Sequence record: OR352945.1
From: Escherichia phage AV115
DNA: 64,000 nt
Strand: one strand, 5' to 3'
Within the stretch, counting starts at the first letter, position 1; the number at the start of each line of letters is the position of its first letter. The translations under genes and the position numbers were made by a program. Below, piece by piece: positions 1 to 12,721 of the stretch. Below the pieces are notes generated by a model, which searched no databases, was not told the DNA's origin, and saw only the letters and a program-made list of their open reading frames with translations.

Positions 1-2317
<2,317 letters not shown>

Positions 2318-2344
2318 AAATAAAGCAAATTAAGAGGAATTAAA

Positions 2345-4327
2345 ATGGCACTTCTCTCTCCGGGCGTTGAGCTCAAAGAAACTACCGTACAGAGTACTGT
2401 AGTTAATAACTCCACTGGTACTGCTGCCCTGGCTGGAAAATTCCAATGGGGACCTGCATTCCAGATTAAACAAATCACTGATGAAGTTGCATTGGTTGAT
2501 ATGTTTGGTACTCCTAATACGGATACAGCAGATTATTTCATGTCTGCTATGAACTTCCTTCAATATGGTAATGACCTTCGTGTCGTACGCGCAGTTGATC
2601 GTGATACTGCTAAGAACTCATCTCCTGTGGCAGGCAATATTGAATTCACAATCTCTGCTACTGGTAGTAACTATGCGGTTGGTGATAAAATTATCGTTAA
2701 GTATTTGACCGAAACTGTTGAAGCAGATGGTTATGTCACTTCAGTTGATGTCGATGGTAAAATTCTTAACATTTATATCCCAACCGGTAAAATTATTGCT
2801 CGTGCAAAAGAAATTAATGAATATCCGGCATTGGGTTCTAACTGGACCGCCGAAGTTGCCAGTTCTTCTTCTGGACTTTCTGGCGTTATTACAATTGGTT
2901 CTATCGTAACTGATTCGGGTATTCTGTTAACTGAAGTTGAAACTTCTGAAGAAGCTATTACTTCTCTAACTTTCCAAGAATCTATTAAAAAATATGGTGT
3001 CCCAGGCGTAGTTGCTCTTTATCCTGGTGAACTTGGCGACCAGCTCGAAATTGAAATCGTATCTAAAGCAGACTATGACAAAGGTGCTTCAGCCCAGTTA
3101 AAAATTTATCCTGATGGTGGTACTCGTGCATCTACTGCTAAAGCAATCTTTGGGTATGGCCCACAAACTGATGACCAATATGCAATTATCGTTCGTCGTA
3201 ACGATGCTGTAGTTCAGAGCGTAGTTCTTTCTACTAAACGCGGTGAACGAGATATTTATGGTAGTAATATCTTTATTGATGATTTCTTTGCTAAAGGCGC
3301 AAGCAATTATATTTTCGCTACTGCACAAGGTTGGCCAAAAGGTTTCTCTGGCGTAATCAAACTGGGTGGCGGCTTATCATCTAATGAAACTGTTGACGCT
3401 GGTGATTTAATGGAAGCTTGGGATTTGTTTGCTGACCGCGAATCTGTTAATGCGCAGTTGTTTATTGCCGGTTCTTGTGCAGGTGAATCTTTAGAAGTTG
3501 CTTCTACAGTTCAGAAACATGTTGTAGCAATTGGTGATTCTCGCCAAGATTGCTTGGTTCTTTGCTCACCGCCACGTGCAACTATAGTCGGTATTCCTGT
3601 TAATCGTGCAGTTGATAATCTGGTTGATTGGCGTACTGCGTCAGGAACTTACACTGATAATAACTTTAATGTAAGTTCTACTTATGCCGCTATTGACGGT
3701 AACTATAAATATCAATATGACAAATATAATGATGTGAATCGTTGGGTTCCATTAGCTGCTGATATTGCTGGTCTTTGTGCTCGCACAGACAATATTTCTC
3801 AGCCTTGGATGTCTCCTGCCGGTTATAACCGTGGACAAATTCTTAATGTTATTAAGCTTGCAATTGAAACTCGCCAAGCGCAGCGTGATCGTTTGTACCA
3901 GGAAGCTATTAACCCTGTTACTGGTACCGGTGGTGATGGGTATGTTCTGTACGGTGATAAAACTGCCACTTCTGTTCCTTCACCATTTGACCGTATTAAC
4001 GTTCGTCGTTTGTTCAATATGGTTAAAACGAACATTGGTTCAGCATCTAAATATCGCCTGTTTGAATTGAACAACGCATTTACCCGTTCTTCTTTCCGTA
4101 CAGAGACTTCTCAATATCTACAGGGTATTAAAGCTCTCGGTGGTGTATATAACTTTAAAGTTGTTTGTGATACTACCAATAACACACCAGCAGTTATCGA
4201 CCGTAATGAGTTTGTAGCTACTTTCTACTTACAACCTGCAAGATCGATAAATTATATTACGTTGAACTTTGTAGCAACAGCAACGGGTGCCGATTTCGAC
4301 GAACTAATTGGTGCTGTAGGTGCCTAA
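2345..4327 (+). CDS. 18: contractile tail sheath protein
   Basis: 660 aa, T4 gp18 length and gene order; SD AGAGGA upstream; late promoter at 2310. Confidence 0.95.
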   Translation: MALLSPGVELKETTVQSTVVNNSTGTAALAGKFQWGPAFQIKQITDEVALVDMFGTPNTDTADYFMSAMNFLQYGNDLRVVRAVDRDTAKNSSPVAGNIEFTISATGSNYAVGDKIIVKYLTETVEADGYVTSVDVDGKILNIYIPTGKIIARAKEINEYPALGSNWTAEVASSSSGLSGVITIGSIVTDSGILLTEVETSEEAITSLTFQESIKKYGVPGVVALYPGELGDQLEIEIVSKADYDKGASAQLKIYPDGGTRASTAKAIFGYGPQTDDQYAIIVRRNDAVVQSVVLSTKRGERDIYGSNIFIDDFFAKGASNYIFATAQGWPKGFSGVIKLGGGLSSNETVDAGDLMEAWDLFADRESVNAQLFIAGSCAGESLEVASTVQKHVVAIGDSRQDCLVLCSPPRATIVGIPVNRAVDNLVDWRTASGTYTDNNFNVSSTYAAIDGNYKYQYDKYNDVNRWVPLAADIAGLCARTDNISQPWMSPAGYNRGQILNVIKLAIETRQAQRDRLYQEAINPVTGTGGDGYVLYGDKTATSVPSPFDRINVRRLFNMVKTNIGSASKYRLFELNNAFTRSSFRTETSQYLQGIKALGGVYNFKVVCDTTNNTPAVIDRNEFVATFYLQPARSINYITLNFVATATGADFDELIGAVGA

Positions 4328-4338
4328 TAAGACGCCTG

Positions 4339-4360
4339 ATGGGCTATTTCGGTAGCCCAT
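4339..4360 (+). terminator. stem-loop after gene 18
   Basis: ATGGGCTA-tttcgg-TAGCCCAT, 8-bp stem. Confidence 0.5.
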
Positions 4361-4367
4361 ATAAATA
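4360..4367 (+). promoter_or_regulatory. late promoter TATAAATA (gene 19)
   Basis: Exact TATAAATA directly after gene 18 terminator hairpin. Confidence 0.65.
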
Positions 4368-4439
4368 TACTATATCGTTTAAAAATTAATTCTATGGGCA
4401 TCCGGTTAATCCTAAGCCCATATTACTACAGAGGCTAAT

Positions 4440-4931
4440 ATGTTTGTAGATGACGTAACTCGTGCCTTCGAATCAGGTGATTTCGCTCGCCCTAACCTGT
4501 TCGAAGTAGAAATCTCTTATCTTGGGCAAAACTTTAGCTTCCAGTGTCGTGCTACGGCTCTTCCTGCTGCGATTGTTGAAAAGGTTCCTGTTTCTTATAT
4601 GAACCGTAAAATTAACGTGGCCGGTGATCGTACATTCGATGATTGGACTATTACAGTAATGAACGATGATGCTCATAGCATTCGTCAGAAATTTGTTGAT
4701 TGGCAAGGTATTGCAGCAGGACAAGGTAATGAAATTACCGGTGGTAAACCTGCTGAATATAAAAAGTCTGCTATCGTTCGTCAATTTGCTCGTGATGCTA
4801 AAACGGTCACTAAAGAAGTTGAAATTGTCGGCTTGTGGCCTACTAACGTTGGCGAAGTATCTCTTGACTGGGACAGCAATAACGAGATTGAAACGTTCGA
4901 AGTAACTCTTGCTCTTGATTGGTGGGAATAA
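4440..4931 (+). CDS. 19: tail tube protein
   Basis: 163 aa; MFVDDVTRAFESGDFARPNLF matches T4 gp19. Confidence 0.95.
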   Translation: MFVDDVTRAFESGDFARPNLFEVEISYLGQNFSFQCRATALPAAIVEKVPVSYMNRKINVAGDRTFDDWTITVMNDDAHSIRQKFVDWQGIAAGQGNEITGGKPAEYKKSAIVRQFARDAKTVTKEVEIVGLWPTNVGEVSLDWDSNNEIETFEVTLALDWWE

Positions 4932-4937
4932 TCTGGT

Positions 4938-4953
4938 TGGGGAGAAATCCCCA
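4938..4953 (+). terminator. stem-loop after gene 19
   Basis: TGGGGA-GAAA-TCCCCA, GNRA tetraloop. Confidence 0.45.
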
Positions 4954-4979
4954 GCTTCCCGTGATGACGGAGAAGTCCA

Positions 4980-4987
4980 TATAAATA
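4980..4987 (+). promoter_or_regulatory. late promoter TATAAATA (gene 20)
   Basis: Exact TATAAATA ~29 nt before gene 20 ATG. Confidence 0.7.
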
Positions 4988-5015
4988 TAACTATAATTCC
5001 CATTCGGAGAATACA

Positions 5016-6587
5016 ATGAAATTTAATATCTTAAGTTTGTTTGCTCCATGGGCAAAAATGGACGAACGTGATTACAAAGACCAAGAAAAAGAAAATTTAG
5101 AATCTATCACCGCACCAAAATTAGACGACGGCGCTAAAGAATACGAAGTATCTGAAAATGAAGCACAGCAAACATATAATGCTATGTTTCAGAGAATGTT
5201 CGGTAGTCAAGAACCAGGGCTCAAATCAACCCGTGAATTAATCGATACGTATCGAAATTTGATGACGAACTATGAAGTGGATAATGCAGTCTCTGAAATA
5301 GTTTCCGATGCTATCGTATATGAAGATGATACAGAAGTCGTTTCTATAAATTTAGACAACACAAAATTTAGTCCAAATATCAAATCAATGATGTTGTATG
5401 AATTTAATGAAGTGTTAAATCATTTATCTTTCCAACGTAAAGGTTCAGATCATTTTAGACGTTGGTATGTGGATTCTCGAATTTTCTTCCATAAAATTAT
5501 TGACCCTAAACGCCCTAAAGAAGGTATTAAAGAGCTTCGTCGTTTAGACCCACGTCAAGTTCAATATGTCCGTGAAGTTATTACAACTACTGAAGCAGGT
5601 GTTAAAATAGTCAAGGGTTATAAAGAATATTTCATTTATGACACATCACACGAATCTTATGCTTGTGATGGTCGCATATATGAAGCTGGCACAAAAATAA
5701 AAATCCCTAAAGCCGCGATTGTTTACGCCCATTCTGGTTTAGTTGATTGTTGTGGTAAAAATATCATTGGTTATTTGCATCGGGCTATTAAGCCAGCGAA
5801 CCAATTAAAACTTCTTGAAGATGCCGTCGTAATTTATCGTATTACTCGTGCCCCCGATCGTCGTGTATGGTACGTTGATACAGGTAATATGCCTTCAAGA
5901 AAAGCAGCAGAACATATGCAACATGTTATGAATACGATGAAAAACCGTATTGCGTATGATGCTACTACAGGCAAGATTAAAAACCAGCAGCATATTATGT
6001 CGATGACCGAAGATTATTGGTTACAACGACGTGATGGTAAAGCGGTAACAGAAGTTGACACATTACCAGGTGCAGATAATACTGGAAATATGGAAGATGT
6101 ACGTTGGTTCCGTAATGCGCTTTATATGGCTTTACGTATTCCTATTACCCGTATTCCAAGTGACCAAGGTGGTATACAGTTTGATGCCGGTACTTCTATT
6201 ACACGAGATGAATTGTCATTTGGTAAATTTATTCGTGAGCTGCAACATAAATTTGAAGAGATATTCCTAGACCCGCTTAAAACTAATTTAATTCTTAAAG
6301 GAATTATTACAGAAGATGAGTGGAATGATGAAATAAATAATATTAAGATAAAATTTCATCGGGATAGTTATTTCTCGGAATTAAAGGATGCTGAGATTCT
6401 GGAGCGTCGCATTAATATGCTTCAGATGGCCGAACCATTTATTGGTAAATATATTTCTCACAGAACAGCTATGAAAGATATTCTTCAGATGTCTGACGAG
6501 GAAATTGAACAAGAGGCTAAGCAAATTGAAGAAGAGTCGAAAGAGGCTCGTTTCCAAGACCCCGACCAAGAACAAGAGGATTTTTAA
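5016..6587 (+). CDS. 20: portal vertex protein
   Basis: 523 aa; position and length as T4 gp20; late promoter at 4980. Confidence 0.95.
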   Translation: MKFNILSLFAPWAKMDERDYKDQEKENLESITAPKLDDGAKEYEVSENEAQQTYNAMFQRMFGSQEPGLKSTRELIDTYRNLMTNYEVDNAVSEIVSDAIVYEDDTEVVSINLDNTKFSPNIKSMMLYEFNEVLNHLSFQRKGSDHFRRWYVDSRIFFHKIIDPKRPKEGIKELRRLDPRQVQYVREVITTTEAGVKIVKGYKEYFIYDTSHESYACDGRIYEAGTKIKIPKAAIVYAHSGLVDCCGKNIIGYLHRAIKPANQLKLLEDAVVIYRITRAPDRRVWYVDTGNMPSRKAAEHMQHVMNTMKNRIAYDATTGKIKNQQHIMSMTEDYWLQRRDGKAVTEVDTLPGADNTGNMEDVRWFRNALYMALRIPITRIPSDQGGIQFDAGTSITRDELSFGKFIRELQHKFEEIFLDPLKTNLILKGIITEDEWNDEINNIKIKFHRDSYFSELKDAEILERRINMLQMAEPFIGKYISHRTAMKDILQMSDEEIEQEAKQIEEESKEARFQDPDQEQEDF

Positions 6588-6823
6588 TGGACGATTTAAT
6601 TCAAGCTATTAAATCAAACGACCTCGTTGCTACTCGAAAGTTTTTTGAAAGTGCAATGGCAGAAAAAACGGTTCGTTTGATTGAAGCACGCAAAGCAGAA
6701 ATCGCTTCTCAATTTTTGATTGAAGGCGAAGAACCTGAAGAAGAAAAGAAAGCTAAAGCTTCGGAAGACGACGCTGATGAAGGCGATGACGACGAAGACG
6801 AAGATGATGAGGACGATGAATAA
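6587..6823 (+). CDS. 67: prohead core protein with acidic C-terminal tail
   Basis: 78 aa, poly-D/E C-terminus; start overlaps gene 20 stop; synteny 20-67-68-21. Confidence 0.8.
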   Translation: MDDLIQAIKSNDLVATRKFFESAMAEKTVRLIEARKAEIASQFLIEGEEPEEEKKAKASEDDADEGDDDEDEDDEDDE

Positions 6824-7248
6824 TGTATCTTATCCCTGAATCTTATGAATTGGTACTCGAAAATGTCGAAGCACTTATTCCTGAAGCACAGGGCCGAATC
6901 GATGCATTGTCTTCTGCTCTCGATATTGACGATATAAATACTATTATCGAGAACATGCTTGAAACTGAAACGGATTTAGCTGTTGCAATGGCTTCCATTA
7001 TTAATGAAGAACAGTTAAATGAGTTTATCGTTAAACATGTTTCTTCTCGTGGTGAAGTCACTCGCACTAAAGACCGTAAAACTCGTGAACGTAACGCGTT
7101 CCAAACCACTGGTCTTTCTAAAGCAAAACGTAGACAAATCGCTCGTAAGGTCGTTAAAGCTAAAAAAGCTAACCCTTCAGGCCAAGTTAAAGGCTTGCGT
7201 AAGCGTAAAAAAGCTCTTAAACGTCGTAAAGCATTAGGATTAAGCTAA
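6823..7248 (+). CDS. 68: prohead core protein with basic C-terminus
   Basis: 141 aa; K/R-rich tail; synteny. Confidence 0.8.
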   Translation: MYLIPESYELVLENVEALIPEAQGRIDALSSALDIDDINTIIENMLETETDLAVAMASIINEEQLNEFIVKHVSSRGEVTRTKDRKTRERNAFQTTGLSKAKRRQIARKVVKAKKANPSGQVKGLRKRKKALKRRKALGLS

Positions 7249-7889
7249 TGAATAAACCCGAGTTACTTATTGAAACTTGGGGTCAACCCGGTGAGATTAT
7301 TGATGGCGTTCCAATGTTGGAATCTCATGATGGAAAAGATTCTGGCTTAAAACCAGGGCTTTATATAGAAGGTATTTTTCTTCAGGCAGAGGTTGTTAAC
7401 CGAAATAAACGTTTATATCCTAAACGCGTTTTGGAAAAAGCAGTAAGTGACTATATTAAAGAACAAGTCGCAACCAAACAAGCCCTTGGAGAATTAAACC
7501 ATCCACCTCGTGCAAATGTTGACCCTATGCAAGCCGCTATCATTATTGAAGATATGTGGTGGAAAGGAAACGATGTATATGGACGTGCTAGAATTATTGA
7601 AGGCGACCATGGTCCCGGCGATAAATTAGCTGCTAATATACGAGCTGGTTGGATTCCAGGTGTTTCCTCTCGTGGTCTTGGTTCTTTAACCGACACCAAT
7701 AAAGGGTACCGTATCGTGAACGAAGGATTTAAATTAACCGTCGGTGTAGATGCCGTATGGGGACCTTCGGCTCCAGATGCTTGGGTTACTCCTAAACAAA
7801 TATCAGAATCAGAAAATTCGGTGGAAATCACCAAAAACAGTGCTGACGAAGCATTTAAAGCTCTCGCAGAGAGTTTAAAAGCATTATAA
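7248..7889 (+). CDS. 21: prohead core scaffold/protease
   Basis: 213 aa; synteny and length as T4 gp21. Confidence 0.9.
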   Translation: MNKPELLIETWGQPGEIIDGVPMLESHDGKDSGLKPGLYIEGIFLQAEVVNRNKRLYPKRVLEKAVSDYIKEQVATKQALGELNHPPRANVDPMQAAIIIEDMWWKGNDVYGRARIIEGDHGPGDKLAANIRAGWIPGVSSRGLGSLTDTNKGYRIVNEGFKLTVGVDAVWGPSAPDAWVTPKQISESENSVEITKNSADEAFKALAESLKAL

Positions 7890-7892
7890 ATA
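7885..7892 (+). promoter_or_regulatory. late promoter TATAAATA (gene 22)
   Basis: Exact TATAAATA ~31 nt before gene 22 ATG. Confidence 0.7.
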
Positions 7893-7922
7893 ATAATGTA
7901 ATCTAAACCACAGGACACTAAA

Positions 7923-8735
7923 ATGATCAAAGAACAACTTTTGAAAGAAGCTCAGAACATCGAGACTTCAGTTGCTCTTAATAGTGTTTTCGAATCAGTA
8001 GAACTGTCTCCGGACGTTAAAGCTAATTTCAGCACTGTATTCGAAGCCACCGTTAAGCAGGAAGCAGTCAAACTAGCTGAATCTCATATCAAAGCCATCG
8101 CCGAAAAAGCCGAAGAAGAAGTTGAAAAGGCTAAAGAAGATGCTGAAGAGAAAGCTGATAAAAAATTGGCTGAACAAGCTTCTAAATTCCTAGACCATCT
8201 TGCAAAAGAATGGCTCGCAGAAAACCAAATCGCAGTTGATAAAGGCATTAAAGCTGATTTGTTCGAATCCATGCTTGGTGGTCTGAAAGAACTGTTTGTT
8301 GAACATAACGTTGTTGTTCCAGAAGAATCTGTAGATGTTGTAGCAGAAATGGAAGAAGAGCTGGCCGAACATAAAGAAGAAACCGCTCGTTTGTTCGAAG
8401 AAGTTACCAAACGTGATGCATATATCAATTACGTTCAGCGTGAAACCGCTATTAATGAAAGCGTAAAAGACCTGACTGAATCTCAGAAAGAAAAAGTTAT
8501 TGGCCTGGTTGAAGGTATGGATTATTCTGACGCATTTGGTACTAAGTTAACTGCTATTGTAGAAATGGTTAAAGGTTCTACTAAAGAAGAAGCCGCTATT
8601 ACCGAAAGTATAAATACAGTTGACAATGACGCTGCCGGTCTTAATTTTGTTGCCGAAGCAGTTGACACTACCACAACTCAGGTAGAACAGAATTCTAATG
8701 TAAGTTTATATGCGAAAGTCGCATCTCGTTTCTAA
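7923..8735 (+). CDS. 22: prohead core scaffold protein
   Basis: 270 aa, highly acidic coiled-coil-like; late promoter at 7885; immediately upstream of gene 23. Confidence 0.85.
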   Translation: MIKEQLLKEAQNIETSVALNSVFESVELSPDVKANFSTVFEATVKQEAVKLAESHIKAIAEKAEEEVEKAKEDAEEKADKKLAEQASKFLDHLAKEWLAENQIAVDKGIKADLFESMLGGLKELFVEHNVVVPEESVDVVAEMEEELAEHKEETARLFEEVTKRDAYINYVQRETAINESVKDLTESQKEKVIGLVEGMDYSDAFGTKLTAIVEMVKGSTKEEAAITESINTVDNDAAGLNFVAEAVDTTTTQVEQNSNVSLYAKVASRF

Positions 8736-8752
8736 TTTAAAGGTTAACACAA

Positions 8753-10321
8753 ATGACTACTATCAAAACTAAAGCTCAGCTCGTAGACAAATGGAAAGAA
8801 CTGCTGGAAGGTGAAGGCCTGCCGGAAATCGCTAATAGCAAGCAGGCTATTATCGCTAAAATCTTCGAAAACCAGGAAAAAGATTTCGAAGTATCCCCTG
8901 AATATAAAGACGAGAAAATCGCTCAGGCATTTGGTTCTTTCTTGACCGAAGCTGAAATTGGTGGTGACCACGGTTATAATGCTCAGAACATCGCAGCGGG
9001 TCAAACCTCTGGTGCAGTAACCCAAATTGGGCCGGCAGTTATGGGTATGGTTCGTCGTGCTATTCCTAATCTGATCGCTTTTGATATTTGTGGTGTTCAG
9101 CCTATGAACAGCCCGACCGGTCAGGTATTTGCTCTCCGTGCAGTATATGGTAAAGACCCTATCGCTGCTGGCGCTAAAGAAGCTTTCCATCCGATGTATG
9201 CCCCGGACGCGATGTTCTCTGGTCAGGGTGCTGCTAAGAAATTCCCAGCTCTGGCTGCTGACACTACTACTGTTGTAGGTGATATCTATACTCACTTCTT
9301 CCAAGAAACTGGTACTGTATATCTGCAAGCTTCTGCTGTCGTAACACTTGATTCTGGTGCAACTGATGCAGCTAAATTAGATGCAGAAGTTAAGAAACAA
9401 ATGGAAGCTGGTGCACTGGTAGAAATCGCTGAAGGTATGGCTACTTCTATCGCTGAACTCCAGGAAGGTTTCAACGGTTCTACCGATAACCCATGGAATG
9501 AAATGGGCTTCCGTATCGATAAACAAGTTATCGAAGCTAAATCTCGCCAGCTGAAAGCTGCTTACTCTATCGAATTAGCACAAGACCTCCGTGCAGTACA
9601 CGGTATGGATGCTGATGCTGAACTGAGCGGTATTCTGGCTACAGAAATTATGCTAGAAATCAACCGTGAAGTTGTTGATTGGATTAACTACTCAGCACAG
9701 GTTGGTAAATCTGGTATGACCCTGACTCCTGGTTCTAAAGCTGGTGTATTTGACTTCCAGGACCCGATTGATATCCGTGGTGCTCGTTGGGCCGGTGAAA
9801 GCTTTAAATCTCTGTTGTTCCAGATTGATAAAGAAGCAGTTGAAATTGCTCGTCAAACCGGTCGTGGTGAAGGTAACTTCATTATCGCTTCCCGTAACGT
9901 AGTTAACGTACTGGCTTCAGTTGATACTGGTATTTCTTACGCTGCACAGGGTCTGGCTTCCGGTTTTAATACCGACACTACTAAGTCTGTATTTGCCGGT
10001 GTACTTGGTGGTAAATACCGCGTATACATCGACCAGTATGCTAAACAGGATTATTTCACCGTTGGTTACAAAGGCGCTAACGAAATGGATGCAGGTATTT
10101 ACTATGCTCCTTACGTTGCACTTACCCCACTGCGTGGTTCCGATCCTAAGAACTTCCAGCCGGTAATGGGCTTTAAAACTCGTTACGGTATCGGTGTTAA
10201 CCCGTTTGCTGAAAGTTCCCTGCAGGCTCCAGGTGCTCGCATCCAGTCCGGTATGCCGTCTATCCTGAACAGCCTTGGTAAGAACGCTTACTTTAGACGC
10301 GTCTACGTTAAAGGAATTTAA
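8753..10321 (+). CDS. 23: major capsid protein
   Basis: 522 aa; near-identical to T4 gp23 throughout. Confidence 0.97.
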   Translation: MTTIKTKAQLVDKWKELLEGEGLPEIANSKQAIIAKIFENQEKDFEVSPEYKDEKIAQAFGSFLTEAEIGGDHGYNAQNIAAGQTSGAVTQIGPAVMGMVRRAIPNLIAFDICGVQPMNSPTGQVFALRAVYGKDPIAAGAKEAFHPMYAPDAMFSGQGAAKKFPALAADTTTVVGDIYTHFFQETGTVYLQASAVVTLDSGATDAAKLDAEVKKQMEAGALVEIAEGMATSIAELQEGFNGSTDNPWNEMGFRIDKQVIEAKSRQLKAAYSIELAQDLRAVHGMDADAELSGILATEIMLEINREVVDWINYSAQVGKSGMTLTPGSKAGVFDFQDPIDIRGARWAGESFKSLLFQIDKEAVEIARQTGRGEGNFIIASRNVVNVLASVDTGISYAAQGLASGFNTDTTKSVFAGVLGGKYRVYIDQYAKQDYFTVGYKGANEMDAGIYYAPYVALTPLRGSDPKNFQPVMGFKTRYGIGVNPFAESSLQAPGARIQSGMPSILNSLGKNAYFRRVYVKGI

Positions 10322-10350
10322 TGCTTTAACGTTAAAATACATAACCTTAT

Positions 10351-10368
10351 GGGAGACTCCGGTCTCCC
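10351..10368 (+). terminator. intrinsic terminator after gene 23
   Basis: GGGAGAC-tccg-GTCTCCC followed by T-rich tract. Confidence 0.6.
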
Positions 10369-10378
10369 ATTCTTGTTT

Positions 10379-11038
10379 CTATAGCTTAAAACAATCATCG
10401 CGTTCATTAATCCAATTTCTTATAGTTTTTGCGGATACGTTAAAGAATTCGGCAGCGTAATCGTAGTGGTTAAATTCATGGCCTTTAATAGAAATATCCA
10501 CAAATACAAATTTCTTACCTTTATTAGAATTCTTTCTAATTTTTGCTTTATGCTCTTCTGATAGTTTTCTACCTTTAAGATGAGAATCTCTATTTTTATA
10601 AAACTTTTTATTTGCTATAGATTTGTTTTCTCGATGTTCTTTAGATTCTTTAGAACCTAATTTCTTTTTAGATATTTTGGCCCGAACTTCTTCAGTCATA
10701 CCAGCTTTTGTCTTTTCGGATAACATCTCACGATACCCAGGTTCCTGTAAAGCTACTATAACAGGATTACCCTTGCCGCCTAAGGCTGCATTATAAGTAT
10801 CTGTTCTCATGACAAAAGCCTCGTCAACTAGTTCGGCTTCCTTAGCATACATCTCTTCAGATGTTTCGAAATTGAAAAGGATTTCCTTTTTAAAATTCTC
10901 TAAGCCGTATTTCTTTATGGATTTTACTATGTTAACCCCGGAACCCATATAAGAATCGTTAACATCTGTGGTGGCATGGGCTCCAACATAAATCTTGTTA
11001 TTAATGAGATTGGTTATTTTGTAAATTAAATAATTCAT
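10379..11038 (-). CDS. segD: GIY-YIG homing endonuclease (SegD-like)
   Basis: 219 aa; N-terminal IYKITNLINNKIYVG GIY-YIG motif, K-rich C-terminal DNA-binding region; same 23-24 intergenic position as T4 segD. Confidence 0.8.
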   Translation of the reverse strand: MNYLIYKITNLINNKIYVGAHATTDVNDSYMGSGVNIVKSIKKYGLENFKKEILFNFETSEEMYAKEAELVDEAFVMRTDTYNAALGGKGNPVIVALQEPGYREMLSEKTKAGMTEEVRAKISKKKLGSKESKEHRENKSIANKKFYKNRDSHLKGRKLSEEHKAKIRKNSNKGKKFVFVDISIKGHEFNHYDYAAEFFNVSAKTIRNWINERDDCFKL

Positions 11039-11041
11039 ATT

Positions 11042-11308
11042 TTATGCTGCTTTGACACGTCGGTTGATGATATCACGGAAGTCAATACGATTTTCTTGGA
11101 TTTTCAGCCAGTTACCAGATTTGTCTTTGGTATGGGTAGAATATTCACCGTTCCACCAGAAGTCAGTTTCATAAGCCAGGGCTTCGTATTTCTTAACCAA
11201 TGCATTAACTGCATTACCGTTAGGATTGGTACCAAATTTTTCTACCAGAGCTTTGATGTCTTTGTCAAGGTTAGAAAGTGTGGTACGGATAAAGTTTAAT
11301 TTGTTCAT
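11042..11308 (-). CDS. hypothetical early protein
   Basis: ORF track starts at 11323 but SD GAGGAG precedes ATG at 11308 (MNKLN...); early promoter directly upstream. Confidence 0.45.
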   Translation of the reverse strand: MNKLNFIRTTLSNLDKDIKALVEKFGTNPNGNAVNALVKKYEALAYETDFWWNGEYSTHTKDKSGNWLKIQENRIDFRDIINRRVKAA

Positions 11309-11337
11309 TTTTAATCTCCTCATGTTTTGATAGGTCT

Positions 11338-11367
11338 ATAGTAACACGACGCTTTTTGTGTGTAAAC
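11338..11367 (-). promoter_or_regulatory. early sigma70-type promoter (GTTTAC-N18-TACTAT)
   Basis: Minus strand GTTTAC ... TACTATAGAC followed by conserved leader ...CATGAGGAG... and ATG 11308. Confidence 0.6.
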
Positions 11368-11373
11368 CACTTT

Positions 11374-11381
11374 TATAAATA
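11374..11381 (+). promoter_or_regulatory. late promoter TATAAATA (gene 24)
   Basis: Exact TATAAATA ~31 nt before gene 24 ATG. Confidence 0.7.
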
Positions 11382-11411
11382 AAATTATATTCTCAATAAG
11401 GAAAAAATGCA

Positions 11412-12692
11412 ATGAGTAAAATCCAAAAATTATTGCGTGAATCTACAACGTCTACTAGCAACTCAATTGGTCGCCCAAATCTCGTTGCTTTGACTCGCGC
11501 TACGACTAAATTAATATATTCTGACATTGTAGCAACACAAAGAACTAATCAACCTGTTGCTGCTTTTTATGGTATCAAATATCTTAACCCAGATAACGAA
11601 TTCACATTTAAAACCGGTGCTACTTATGCGGGTGAAGTTGGATATGTAGACCGAGAAAAAATTACTGAACTCACAGAAGAATCAAAAGTCACACTAAATA
11701 AAGGTGATTTTTTCAAATATAATAATATCGTCTATAAAGTGTTAGAAGATACACCATTTGCAGATATTCAAGAAAGTGATCTAGAATTAGCTCTTCAGAT
11801 TGCAGTCGTTCATTTAAAGGTACGGTTATTTTCAGATGCAGCGGTAACAAGCAAATTTGAAAGCTCTGGTAGCGAAATTTCTGATGCAAGATTCCAGATT
11901 AATAAATGGCAAACTTCAGTCAAATCTCGTAAACTTAAAACTGGCCTCACAGTTGAATTAGCGCAAGATTTGGAAGCGAATGGATTTGATGCCCCTAACT
12001 TCTTAGAAGATTTGCTTGCAACTGAAATGGCAGATGAAATTAATAAAGATATTCTTCAGTCTTTAATTACTGTATCGAAACGTTATAAAGTTACTGGAAT
12101 TACTGACACTGGATTTATTGACTTGAGCTATGCATCCGCTCCAGAAGCAGGTCGTTCATTATATCGAATGGTGTGTGAAATGGTATCACACATTCAAAAA
12201 GAGTCAACTTATACTGCAACGTTTTGTGTAGCCTCAGCTCGTGCAGCTGCTATTCTTGCTGCTTCTGGTTGGTTAAAACATAAGCCGGAAGATGATAAGT
12301 ATCTTTCACAAAATGCTTATGGATTCTTGGCAAATGGATTACCTCTTTACTGCGATACCAACAGTCCGTTAGATTATGTTATTGTGGGTGTTGTAGAAAA
12401 TATCGGCGAAAAAGAAATTGTAGGGTCCATCTTTTATGCTCCATACACTGAAGGAGTAGATTTAGATGACCCGGAACATGTCGGTGCATTTAAAGTTGTA
12501 GTTGATCCAGAAAGCTTGCAACCGTCTATCGGATTATTGGTTAGATATGCTTTATCAGCAAATCCTTACACAGTAGCAAAAGACGAAAAAGAAGCGAGAA
12601 TAATTGATGGCGGGGACATGGATAAAATGGCAGGACGTTCAGACTTGTCTGTTTTACTCGGTGTTAAATTGCCTAAAATTATTATAGATTAA
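11412..12692 (+). CDS. 24: capsid vertex protein
   Basis: 426 aa; gp23 paralogue at T4 gene 24 position; late promoter at 11374. Confidence 0.93.
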   Translation: MSKIQKLLRESTTSTSNSIGRPNLVALTRATTKLIYSDIVATQRTNQPVAAFYGIKYLNPDNEFTFKTGATYAGEVGYVDREKITELTEESKVTLNKGDFFKYNNIVYKVLEDTPFADIQESDLELALQIAVVHLKVRLFSDAAVTSKFESSGSEISDARFQINKWQTSVKSRKLKTGLTVELAQDLEANGFDAPNFLEDLLATEMADEINKDILQSLITVSKRYKVTGITDTGFIDLSYASAPEAGRSLYRMVCEMVSHIQKESTYTATFCVASARAAAILAASGWLKHKPEDDKYLSQNAYGFLANGLPLYCDTNSPLDYVIVGVVENIGEKEIVGSIFYAPYTEGVDLDDPEHVGAFKVVVDPESLQPSIGLLVRYALSANPYTVAKDEKEARIIDGGDMDKMAGRSDLSVLLGVKLPKIIID

Positions 12693-12693
12693 T

Positions 12694-12719
12694 AAAAAGG
12701 GACCGTAAGGTCCCTTTTT
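12694..12719. terminator. bidirectional terminator between gene 24 and rnlB
   Basis: A5-GGGACC-gtaa-GGTCCC-T5 between convergent genes. Confidence 0.7.
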
Positions 12720-12721
12720 CG

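Noticed and set aside
6740-6823. Poly-D/E coding tract at the gp67 C-terminus as a low-complexity repeat or frameshift hotspot
   Set aside because: It is in-frame, ends at the expected stop, and matches the acidic prohead-core protein character; no sign of slippage.
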